Positions 23,445 to 33,168 of a stretch of 56,512 nucleotides of DNA are shown piece after piece. The notes beneath the pieces are model-generated. The model saw only the letters and a program-made list of their open reading frames with translations, did not search any database and was not told the origin of the DNA. Numbering within the stretch: the stretch's first letter is position 1; each line of letters begins with the position of its first letter. Both the position numbers and the translations under genes were made by a program. Location: positions 62,001-118,512 of the forward strand of contig MEDY01000035.1 of the NCBI GenBank assembly GCA_001724265.1, read 5' to 3'. The DNA comes from Rhizaria sp. SCN 62-66. Lineage: Eukaryota.

Positions 23445-24443
23445 TCAGCCAAGAGACGACGACGACGGCGCCGAGCCCTTGCCCGCTTCACTGACGCTGG
23501 CACTGGCACTGGTATTCGCACTGGCACTGCTCACCGTCGCCGTCGCCGCGGTCGCAGCAGAGGCGGCAGTGCCCGGGGTAGCAGCGGTGGCAGCGCCAGT
23601 ACCAGCGGTGCGCTTGGCCAAGTTGCCAAGGCGGCCAAAGCGGCCCCACATGCGCGTCACCATCGCGCGTGCAAACGCGTGGCGGCCTAACATCGTGCCG
23701 CACAGCAGCATCATCGCGCTGTACGACGGCATCATGAGCGCGAAATAGAGCATCCTGTGTAAGATGTCACCGTGGAAGAGAGAGGCTGAGATACCCATGA
23801 CCGTGAGTGCGCCGCGAACAACATAGAGCGCTGAGGAGCCAGTGACGGAGAAGATGACGCAGAGCCATGCCATTTCGCGGATCCAGGCGGGCGACCAGCG
23901 CGGGTGCGAGGGGGCCGGTGCGGACCAGTAGTTCCAGAACAGGCGGGCGCGCTCAGCTAAGGATAAGCCTGAGGCCAGAGCTGGCGCCAGGGTCGGGGCG
24001 GGAGCGGGGGCGACCACGATATCGGCGGTCGCGGCGGCGAGAGGGCTCGCAGCAGCAGCAGCAGCGGGAGCCGCGCTGGCGCTAGAGCTGTTGGCAGGCG
24101 CAGCGGCAGCAGCAGCTGAAGGGGCAGCAGCACCATTCGCAGCGGCAGCAGGGGCGGCGGCAGCGGAGGCAGCCGGAGCAGCGGCGGAGCTAGAGAAACG
24201 CATGCGGAGAGTGCGGAGCGCGGCGGACATGTCTGCAGAGGAAGCGAACCCGTGAGCAACGTTGGCGGCAGCACTGCAATTAGGCTCAGTAGTGCCTTGA
24301 GCAATGCGGCGCGGGACACTGCTCAGAGCGGAGATCAAGGCAGGCGCGGACGAAAAACGCGCGGAGAGGTGGAGAAGAGGAGAGGCAAGACTGGTGCGGC
24401 CAATGAGGCGTGATCCAGAGTTGATGAAGCGCTTTGAGAGCAT
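23445..24443 (-). CDS. DUF6787-like membrane protein with probable mitochondrial presequence
   Basis: ATG 24443 (MLSKRFINSGSRLIGR..., Arg/Ser-rich, lacks acidic residues). Core CVIFSVTGSSALYVVR...LYFALMMPSYSAMMLLCGTMLGRHAF...RMWGRF matches my recollection of the DUF6787 pattern. Ends TGA. Confidence 0.7.
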   Translation of the reverse strand: MLSKRFINSGSRLIGRTSLASPLLHLSARFSSAPALISALSSVPRRIAQGTTEPNCSAAANVAHGFASSADMSAALRTLRMRFSSSAAAPAASAAAAPAAAANGAAAPSAAAAAAPANSSSASAAPAAAAAASPLAAATADIVVAPAPAPTLAPALASGLSLAERARLFWNYWSAPAPSHPRWSPAWIREMAWLCVIFSVTGSSALYVVRGALTVMGISASLFHGDILHRMLYFALMMPSYSAMMLLCGTMLGRHAFARAMVTRMWGRFGRLGNLAKRTAGTGAATAATPGTAASAATAATATVSSASANTSASASVSEAGKGSAPSSSSLG

Positions 24444-25096
24444 ACCGGGCGAGGGCAAGTCAGCTGAGGTCCGGCAATACGAGCGCTGAGACCCAGGTGG
24501 AGTAGAAGATAAATACAGAAGTTTGGAAGTGAGAAAAAAGAGTTATAAAAATAACACAACAAATACAGTAAGAATATCGCAAAAGATGGCGTACTGACGC
24601 CCGGGTAAGGCAGATTATACCCTGCGGAGTTACGTGACCGGGCTGATGGGTGGCCGATCGGTGGGCGACGCAGCGTGCTTTGCCCGACTGGGGCAGCAAC
24701 GATGGCGATTTCTCAGGAGATCTGGCGCGATGGGTTTTGCGCAAAAGAAGCGACTGCGTTGATATTCCACGTGGAATGAGCGGGTGTGTCTTATATATAA
24801 ATACTGAATTGATCTGCGCACGGTGTTATGCCGATATCGCCTTGTTCGACTGCACCCAGATATCTCCTTTAGCTCACCGCGCCAACTCCGCGCTTCCCTC
24901 TTTCCGCTTCTCCGAAAGCAGACTTGCTGCCTTTCCACTCCACCTAGGCCGCCCCAGAGCTTTTTTGCGGCGCGTTTCAGTCTTGTTCGCGCTCTGCGAG
25001 TGCAGACTCCGGTCGTTCGTGGCGTCCGCCTTCCTGGTCCCTGTTCGTTCTGTTCTGCTCTGCTAAGCTCTCTGCTTTCGAGCGCTCTGCTTTGCC

Positions 25097-28000
25097 ATGG
25101 AGCCAAGCACCCGCCGCACGTCGGCCGGCCCCGCGGTTGCTGCGGTTACTGCCTCCGCTCCTGGCGTCTCTGCTGTTGGCGGCGAGCACAGCGTCTCCCC
25201 CACGGGCACGCCGACGACTCGTCTGCGTGCGTTGAAGCAGTTCGACTACGCAACTCTCAAGAAGGGGGTGCACTCCTCGCCCTCGTCATCAGCTGCCGCC
25301 TCCGCCGACTTCGACGCGTCGGTCGCCACGCCTGCTGACTCTGCTGCGACGGCGCCCCGCACGCCCGCCACTGGCTCCCGCACCGTCGGGTCTTCCACGC
25401 GCAGCAGCTCTACCGCTACTGCAGCTGCATCTGCGAGTGCGAGCGTCAAGCCCCGCGCGTCCCCTGCCACTGTCTCTACCTCTAGCTCTAGCTCTGCGAT
25501 ATCAGCCCGCTCCCCTGCCCCGCGCTCTAACACCGCTGCCACCACTGCTACTGCGTCTTCCGCTCGGTCGCCGTTGCCTCGCAGCTCTGCCGCTGGGGCC
25601 GGCTCCACTGCTGCAGCGACTGCGCCCGCGACAGTGGCGGTGACGGTGACGCCCGCGCGCTCGCGCACCTTACTCGGCAGCAGTAGCGCTCATACTAATG
25701 CAACGTCTGCGTCTGCGTCTGCGTCTCGCACTTCGCTCGCGTCCCCTCGCAGCGCTACAACAGCGGGCGCTGGCTCGACTGGAACTGGCGCTGCGGCTGC
25801 GTCGTTGCGATCACCGGCGGCAGCGCGCACCCCCGCCTCCTCACTATCAGGAACCTCTATGCGCTCCCCACGCACTGGCTCTAGCTCCAGTGTGAGTGCG
25901 AGTGCGGGTGCGGGTGCGACGACTGTGCGCTCCCCTGCTGCACCAGTGCGGCCATCGTCACTCAAGTCACCCTCCTCTTCCGCCACCGTCGCGCGCTCCG
26001 GCTCCGGCTCTGGCTCTAGTTCTGGTTCAGGTTCTGCCTCAGGCTCTGGTTCACTGCGGGCGAGTGGGTCACTCAAGTCACCGTCGTCGTCGTCGTCGTC
26101 GGTCATCAAGTCCCCTCGACCCAGCCTCAGCAGCAGCAACAGCATCAGCAGTTCTAGTGCGCCTGTCGCTGCTGCTGCGGCTGCGCGGCGCAGTGGGACC
26201 ACCTCGACCACCGCGTCCGCCACTGCGACCCCCCGCACCGCTTCCACTTCTGCCTCCAAGCCCCTCGTCCCAGCACACGCCTCATCTGGCCATGGTGACG
26301 ACTACGACGATGATGTGCCGCCGCCGCCGCCGTCGCCGCCGCTGCCTCCGCTATCCTGCTCACAGTCCCCCACGGTTCGCCCGCGCTCCCGCCTCTCTCT
26401 AACCGCCGTTTCCACCACAAACGCTAACGCGCACTCGGCGAGCGCTTCAGTCGCCGCGCCGTCCCCGTCAGCCGCTGCGGCCGCGACGGCTGCTCTAGCG
26501 CAGTGGCTCTTTGGCGAAGCCCGCACTCTGCTGTCCGTCCTCACCGCGCCCGCAGACGCGCCGGCAACGCCGCTGCCGCTGCCGCAGGCGCCGCCGCCCG
26601 CCGCGGCCGCCGCGCTCAAGACCAGTCCGGCCGCCGCGGGGGCCTTTCAGGACTACTCCGCAGCGCGCTCTGTCGCTGCGAGGGCGGCGCGGTCACTGGC
26701 GGACCGGGAGAAGCAGCTGAGTGACCGTGAGAGGGCGCTGGGTGACCGCGAGCTGGAGGTGAGTGACCGTGAGCAGAAGCTGGGTGACCGTGAGCGCGCT
26801 CTTAGTGATCGTGAGCAGCTGGTGAGTGACCGTGAGCGTGCGGCTGCTGACAAGGTCGCCGCTGCTGAGACTGCGGCTGCTGCTGCCGAGGCCAAGGCCG
26901 CTGCCGCTGAAGTTAAGGCGACTGCGGTTGCTGCTGCAACCGCTGCTGCTGCTGCTGCGAGCATTGACGACGACGACGCAAGCCTTGGTTTGCCTGAGCC
27001 TCTCAGTCTCGCTGACGCTGACGCTGACGCTGACGCTGACGCCGATGCTTCGACCCCCCGCAAGACCAAGAACCCCTCTGACAAGACTGCTGGCGCTGCT
27101 GGTGCTGCTGCTGGGACTGCGGGTTCGGCGGCGGCACGTGAGGATTCGCCTTTGCTGGCGCCCGCGCCGCCGCTGCTGTCTCCTGCGCTCGGCCCTCTGT
27201 CCCCGCTCAACGCTGCGAGCTCCAGCTCCAGCTCCAGCTCCAACAGCCACCACAGCCGCACCACTGGCAGTAGTGAGAGTGCGGTGACGTCGATTGCCGC
27301 GGCTGAGGTCTTTGGCGCCGACGCCGACTCTAACCCTAGCAACGCACCTCCGTCCCTCCTCACCCCATCCTCGTCATTCGCCAACGCCACCGCTCTCACT
27401 GGCGCTGGCACGGGCAGTAGCTCTAGCCCGTCAGCCTCACCGCCCCCCGGCTCCGCCGCCAGCGCCACGCCGAGCGCGAGTGCGCATTCGGCCGCTGCTA
27501 TGCGTCTGCGCCAGACCCGCACCCGCGGCGCGCACCTGTTTCCTGCCGCCAGTGCGCGTTTGAGCATGTCTCCGCGCGACACGGCCGCGGCGGTGCCGGA
27601 GGAGACGGCGGACCATAATAACAAGGCGGGGGGCATCTCGACGCCCGATGAGATTAACGCTACAACGGCGAGCGCGAGTGCGGCAGTGGCCCCCGGTGCT
27701 GCCGCCGCTGCGCCACACACCCCTGGCAATGGCCTCCGCCGCCGCTTGGGCGCTCCTGGCTCCTCCTCAGCCTCAGCCTCCGCGGCCGCCTCCGCGACTG
27801 CGCTCGCCCCCGGGTCGACCCCCGCCTCGGCTCATAGCAGCAGCCACGGCGGCGGCATGGGTGGACTGGGCGGTGGGGCGAGCGATCTCGAGGCCATGCG
27901 CGCTGCGATCGCCGTAGCCCACGAGACCCAGGCGTTGCGCACCCGCGTCGCGACGCTGGAACACCTGGTGTATTATGGCGCCGTCGCGGAGGGGTTCGAA

Positions 28001-28618
28001 CCGCTGGTGATCCCGGCGCCCCGCAGCGTGCCGGGCGCCGCGGCGGCGGTAATCGGCGCGAACGGACCGCGCTGGCAGCCCAACAGCAGCAGCAACAGCA
28101 ACAGCAGCAATCCGAGTCACGTCGGTTGTGACCGCTGTGGCTACGACAAGAGCGCGAGAGAGAGCAAAGATCATCACAGCAATAGCCACGCGAAGGCTGA
28201 CGCTGAGGACGAGGGCAAAGCGACGACCTGCAGTGCCGGCGCCCGTGCTGGTGCCGGCGCCAGCGGGGTTGCTGAGTCTGAGTCTACGGCTGAGGCTGTG
28301 TCCGCAACGAAGACTGCGACTGAGACTGAGGTTGAGGCTGACTTGGGTCTGTCTGCTGCGCCTAAGCTCTCCACAGACGACGACAACGACGACGACGACG
28401 GTATCGGTCTCGGCGCTGCGCCTGCGCTTGTCGCGACTGATGATGGGGACGAGATCTCACTGGCCGCTGCCCCCGGCCTGGCGACGGAGGACGGTGAGGA
28501 CATGGGCCTCGGCGCTGCGCCTGCGTTGCCGACTGAGGAGGAAGATGATTTGGGTCTTAGCGCGGCGCCGGCGTTGCCGGGGCTTGATGAGGGCGACGAT
28601 GAGAATGCTGAGGTCTGA
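25097..28618 (+). CDS. Ser/Ala/Thr-rich hypothetical protein (1173 aa) with heptad-repeat coiled coil and acidic C-terminal repeats
   Basis: Long ATG-to-TGA ORF with host-like codon usage, flanked by AT-rich spacers; many S-P-R/R-S-P motifs; no recognised domain. Confidence 0.75.
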   Translation: MEPSTRRTSAGPAVAAVTASAPGVSAVGGEHSVSPTGTPTTRLRALKQFDYATLKKGVHSSPSSSAAASADFDASVATPADSAATAPRTPATGSRTVGSSTRSSSTATAAASASASVKPRASPATVSTSSSSSAISARSPAPRSNTAATTATASSARSPLPRSSAAGAGSTAAATAPATVAVTVTPARSRTLLGSSSAHTNATSASASASRTSLASPRSATTAGAGSTGTGAAAASLRSPAAARTPASSLSGTSMRSPRTGSSSSVSASAGAGATTVRSPAAPVRPSSLKSPSSSATVARSGSGSGSSSGSGSASGSGSLRASGSLKSPSSSSSSVIKSPRPSLSSSNSISSSSAPVAAAAAARRSGTTSTTASATATPRTASTSASKPLVPAHASSGHGDDYDDDVPPPPPSPPLPPLSCSQSPTVRPRSRLSLTAVSTTNANAHSASASVAAPSPSAAAAATAALAQWLFGEARTLLSVLTAPADAPATPLPLPQAPPPAAAAALKTSPAAAGAFQDYSAARSVAARAARSLADREKQLSDRERALGDRELEVSDREQKLGDRERALSDREQLVSDRERAAADKVAAAETAAAAAEAKAAAAEVKATAVAAATAAAAAASIDDDDASLGLPEPLSLADADADADADADASTPRKTKNPSDKTAGAAGAAAGTAGSAAAREDSPLLAPAPPLLSPALGPLSPLNAASSSSSSSSNSHHSRTTGSSESAVTSIAAAEVFGADADSNPSNAPPSLLTPSSSFANATALTGAGTGSSSSPSASPPPGSAASATPSASAHSAAAMRLRQTRTRGAHLFPAASARLSMSPRDTAAAVPEETADHNNKAGGISTPDEINATTASASAAVAPGAAAAAPHTPGNGLRRRLGAPGSSSASASAAASATALAPGSTPASAHSSSHGGGMGGLGGGASDLEAMRAAIAVAHETQALRTRVATLEHLVYYGAVAEGFEPLVIPAPRSVPGAAAAVIGANGPRWQPNSSSNSNSSNPSHVGCDRCGYDKSARESKDHHSNSHAKADAEDEGKATTCSAGARAGAGASGVAESESTAEAVSATKTATETEVEADLGLSAAPKLSTDDDNDDDDGIGLGAAPALVATDDGDEISLAAAPGLATEDGEDMGLGAAPALPTEEEDDLGLSAAPALPGLDEGDDENAEV
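26696..26842 (+). repeat. 7 x 21-bp coding tandem repeat, (L/V)(S/G/A)DRE-x-x heptad
   Basis: LADREKQ LSDRERA LGDRELE VSDREQK LGDRERA LSDREQL VSDRERA; DNA core GTGACCGTGAG recurs with a 21-nt period. Confidence 0.9.
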
Positions 28619-29258
28619 AGGATGATCCGTTAATATTTCTGTTGCGAGTGTAATCCGTGAGGTTGTGACGAATGTGAGTGACGCGCCGAAGACGTGTGTC
28701 GACACAGTTAATACTCGTACATACTACGTAACATGTTTTCGCAAGCACTCGTAACTTGACAATAGTAATGGTTGTCACGCCTATTCAGATGTTGTGAAAT
28801 TGTTATGTGTGAAATTGTTATGTAATAATTCATGCGAGGGCCTGCGGGCTGGCTTATTTCATTTGAGATCCGTGCATACATACCGTTAGGAGATTTGTAT
28901 AATACGAGTACGGACGTATGTGTCTTTGACATTGAGAGTATACGCTTAAAATGTACATACATGTATTGTTTTTAGTCAAGGTTAGGTCGCGAGTATTGTC
29001 ATAAGCAGACTTACAATTATGATTGATGTCGTCGGTGCAGCTGGCCATGCTGGGCTACAATGCTTTAATTCCCGCGTTCGCATCCCATTTTTAACCACAA
29101 ACACCTTTGGCTTGCACACGTTGACCTTTCCGCACGATTTAGGCTGAAACGATGAGGTCCGACGAGTTATCGTGACTTGAACTGTGACCGGTGACTCCGA
29201 CATCAAACATGCAACATGTTTACATGCAACATGTTAGCTGTTGTTGTTTCTCAACACT

Positions 29259-30332
29259 TCACCACTGGCGCTGGCGCTGCGACTTCTTGTTCCCAGCCGC
29301 CATCGTCATCTTTCCCGCCCCGACGCCACTGCCGCCCATGCGCGCGTCGAGCTTGTCCATGCGCTCCTCCGCCTTGCGCGCGGCCAATGCAGCACGCCCT
29401 TTCTTACCACCGACATGCGTGGCTCCGCCAGCTGCACTCTGCTGCTGCTGCTGTTGCTGAGTCTGGAGCTGGCCGTGCTGCTTGTTGCGGTTGTTGTGGT
29501 GTCCCTTGGCGTTGTTGTTGCCGGGTAGATGGCGCGAGTGCAGGTCCATGATTCGCTGCGCAAACGCTGCCGAGTCCGCAGACTGCGTGGGGAGCACCAA
29601 GAAGGACTCCTGCTTTGACCCTTCTGCGATGGCGTGCTTAGTGGCCTCGAGCGCGGCGGCCTGGTCGGCGGCGCGCTGGGCCTCGATCTCGTACACGGCA
29701 CCCGCTAGCCCGCCGAAGCCAAACGCGGCGTCGCTGCGGGCGGCGCTGCTGCTGAACGAGCTCGAGCTAGAGGGCGTCCTGAAGGAAGCGACGGCAGGGG
29801 CGTTGTTGGCACTGGCGTTGGCGGCGGCGATGGTGATAAACGACGGCGCGGTGGCGGCGGCGGCGAGGCTCGCGGTGGTCACAGTAGCGCTGGTGTTGAC
29901 CAAACTGCTGCTGTTGTTGGTAGAGTTGCTGGAGGAAGTGGGGTGCGCGGGCGGGGTGTTGGAGACGCCGGAGGACGTGGAAGGGCCAAAGACGGAAGTA
30001 AGGCCGCGTGCGGTGGCGGAGGAAACGCCAGAGGAATGCGCGGAGGTCGGCGCGGGCGACAGGGGAGTCGGCGGAGGCGTCGTGAACGCAGGGGTCGGAC
30101 GCGCCACACCGACGGCACCAGCGCTCGAGCTAGAAGGGACGGGGGCGGCGACAGAGCCTGTCATTGCCATTGCGGTAAACGGGTTCGTCGAGGTGAAGCT
30201 AGGAGACGGCGCGGGGGCAGCAGGAACGGAGGACTGGTGCGAGGCGGCGGTCGCGGGGGAGGAGCCCGAGGCGGGCAAGGGGAAGAGGTTCTTGGTCTTA
30301 AACGCGAACGGGTTCGTCGGCAACGAGGCCAT
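29259..30332 (-). CDS. Hypothetical protein (357 aa); basic C-terminus weakly reminiscent of Alb1/Ecm1-type pre-60S factors
   Basis: ATG-to-TGA ORF between AT-rich spacers; two NPF motifs near the N-terminus; C-terminal KKGRAALAARKAEERMDKLDARM...KKSQRQRQW. The gene call is solid; the family guess is weak. Confidence 0.65.
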   Translation of the reverse strand: MASLPTNPFAFKTKNLFPLPASGSSPATAASHQSSVPAAPAPSPSFTSTNPFTAMAMTGSVAAPVPSSSSAGAVGVARPTPAFTTPPPTPLSPAPTSAHSSGVSSATARGLTSVFGPSTSSGVSNTPPAHPTSSSNSTNNSSSLVNTSATVTTASLAAAATAPSFITIAAANASANNAPAVASFRTPSSSSSFSSSAARSDAAFGFGGLAGAVYEIEAQRAADQAAALEATKHAIAEGSKQESFLVLPTQSADSAAFAQRIMDLHSRHLPGNNNAKGHHNNRNKQHGQLQTQQQQQQQSAAGGATHVGGKKGRAALAARKAEERMDKLDARMGGSGVGAGKMTMAAGNKKSQRQRQW

Positions 30333-30741
30333 TCTGTGCTGTGTCTAGAGTTGTATAGAAATAAAGAAGATATCTTAAGATGAGTACTATACTATACACG
30401 AAAATATTTTCAGTTAACGATCATTGTCGTCCTCGCACAACAAAGTGCGGATTGCGTCCTTCCGCTCCTCTCCTCTCCGCGGTCATCTAAAGTGAGTCCA
30501 CACTGTGACGGAAAAAAATTGTTTGCATCATAGCAGACGTACACCGAAACGGTTGCAGTTAGAAAAAGAGTTATGATATGTATTACGAACCCGCATCACC
30601 GAATCCAAAGTTAATAATATAAAATAAGTCTTGCCTGCGCCACTAGCTTTGACATCAAGCAAGAATAGACACAGCAGGCAGTGCTGCTGTGCCGTGTGTC
30701 ACAGCACTTGCCCAGTGCCGCCGCCACGAATAACCGTCATC

Positions 30742-32074
30742 TTAGACCGCCTTGGTGGCCTCCTCAATCACGCGCAGCAGCGCGATGAGGACGAGGTTGG
30801 CGGGCAAGTTGAGGATCACGTTGCCAAGCACCATGAGATAGGGCAGGTACACAGCGGGGGACCGGTGGTCAGCGATGTGCAGGAAACCGGCCTTGACGTC
30901 CTTCCAGAACGCATACGACGCGTTAATGTTGAGGTAGAGCACGCGGTGCTCCTTCTGGCCCTGCTCGAGCGGCAGCAGGCAGTGGAACGGCGTGGTGAAG
31001 CGCGAGATAACACACAGCGCAGTGCCGACGGCGCACGCAACGAGGAAGGAGTGCTCGGGGAGACGCCACTGCAGCGTGTAGAGCATGGCGGGCAGGAACC
31101 AGAGGTGGTGCGCGGCGGTGATGCGCTTCATGGTGGACGTGGTGGGCCAGACAAGGTAGCCGGCGACGCCGATGGGGAACTTCTTGAACCCCGTCGCGAT
31201 CCAGCCGAGGATGTCAATGTACCAGCAGAGCTGGTCGACGGCGACGAGGGCGCACGAGAGACCGGTGAGAAGCGGGATGTTGAAGAACATACCAATGGAG
31301 GAGAAGAGCATCGAGACGTTGCAGGCCCAGAGCTGCTCATAGAGCACGTGCGAGTCGGAGCCGACCCAGCGGGAGAAAAGCAGGAAGAAGTAGTAGCCGA
31401 GGATGAACCCACCCATGCGCGGGTAGTAGTAGTCGACATGGGGCGCGTACGTGCGCAGGGCGGCATCGGGATCAACCCAAGCCACGAGCTTCAGGGTGAA
31501 GAACGTGATGGCTGCGGTTGTGATGATCGCGGACTAGACAGAGAGAGCAGTGTAACGCAATGAGTAAGACAAGTACGAGCGGATTCAGTGCGAATAGCAG
31601 AGGGAGAGTTTTGTTTAGAAAAGAATGGCGTGGAGGTGTGAGCAAGGGCGTGCAGGCGGTAGATAAGCAAGCGGAGAATAAGATGTGGCAGCCGCATAGC
31701 GTGCAGCATCAGTTGCATCGTGTTTGCGCTGGAGAGCAGCAGAGTGCGCATGCCGCAGATTGATCTGCTCGGACCTGCGTTCGTCAAGACAAGGTCGTTT
31801 GCGCTGTATAGAAGCTCGCAGAAAGTTCCAAGCAGTGCGATAAGGTTAAACGGATCACAAAAGAGTCAAATACAGAACGAGTATGCATGCAATATGATGG
31901 TTGTTGCGTGGTACGTACGGGAAAGGCATCGGAGAACTTGGTGAGCTCGGGCACCCAGCCGCCATCGGCATAACCGTACTTGATATTGGCATTGTCCGCC
32001 TTGCTGTCGGACTTGGCGTTTTTGGGCTCCACGGACTTCTCCGTCTTGGCACCACCACGAGATTTCAGGCTCAT
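30742..32074 (-). CDS. Uncharacterised multi-pass membrane protein, 2 exons (~315 aa)
   Basis: Exons 32074-31919 and 31533-30742 (385-nt intron GTACGT...TAG, phase 0). Several hydrophobic helices; motifs LYEQLWACN, AVDQLCWYID, PIGVAGYLVWP, HHLWFLP, YLNIN. Ends TAA. Confidence 0.8.
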
Positions 32075-33168
32075 GACGCGATATGTTTCAAGAACAAACA
32101 CGTCTTCAAAATTGCCGCTCACTTCACACACACATACACACACATCGCACAGTCTCGGCTCAGCCACCGTCTAAATTTGGTTCGTGGTCCAAATTCAGAC
32201 CGTCAGAAAAAACTGGTTGGTGGATGAGGAGGAGTGACCGTGGGTCGGTCTTTCAGCCAGTCACTTTCTCTCCATCCTGACTCGCTGGTGAGCGGTTGCT
32301 GGCGGGTGGTCGACCGAGGGGACTCGCCTCCGTCTGCCAAGATGCCCTCGGGTCCCTCTGAAAAGACTTCCAGCGCGACGGGTACTGTGTAGATTCTTGG
32401 TCTTATGCCTGATTCGGATTGATTTTAACTGGGGGTATACGATTACGCGTGCTGATTTGCGCACTGGGCTTTAATTCAGGCGTATATACCGCGGCGAGAG
32501 CGCTATTTCGAGCAGAGCCGCTCCCGTGCAACGAGTCTGACGTAGCAACATCTTCGCCATCTACTGTGAGCCAGCTCCTAATGCGAGTGACGCCGCACTG
32601 CGTATATAGCAAGAACATGCTATACAGTCGCAATGTACTTCATTTCCTGCGCGCTTATGCAGGCGGCCATGCGTGGGAGCGTGCCGAACTCAGACCTCAA
32701 AACAGAGTGTGCTCACCAACCCTCTCCTTCTATTTTTATCACGACAACCACTTTCCCTGCCATTATATATGGACGCTAACAATCGCCACACGACTTGTTT
32801 GTCTTTTTTCGTCCCTTTCAATTTACCGTTCATTCTTATTCGTAGTGGATTTTACTGGCTGTAGCGTCTCAAAGCTCCTCATCCACGAACCAGACTCCGA
32901 TTGCGCACGTCTTTCTGCGCCTCAGACTGGCTCCCAGTCCTACTCCGCAGGATTTTCTCTGCATTTCGCAACTCCCCAAGTTGCTCGCGTTGCTGAGCAT
33001 ACTGCTCGCACCCGAGTTTCCTCTCGCACGTTTGTTTCCGCGGCCATCCGCCCCTGACTTCGCCTAGACCCACGCCTGACTCACGTCACGCCATTCCGAG
33101 CATCCTCCTCTCTGTCCCGCGCTGCTCTTTCATCCGACTGTTTATACACGTCTGATAACAAACAGCCG

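Noticed and set aside
26696-28615. CRISPR-like or transposon-derived repeats
   Set aside because: All repeats have periods that are multiples of three, lie within ORFs and lack unique spacers; no cas, transposase or reverse-transcriptase motifs were seen in the window.
32190-32204. AATTCAGAC resembling RNase P RNA conserved region V
   Set aside because: No matching CR-I partner upstream, where the DNA is the coding exon of the minus-strand gene; it is explained by a small local inverted repeat.
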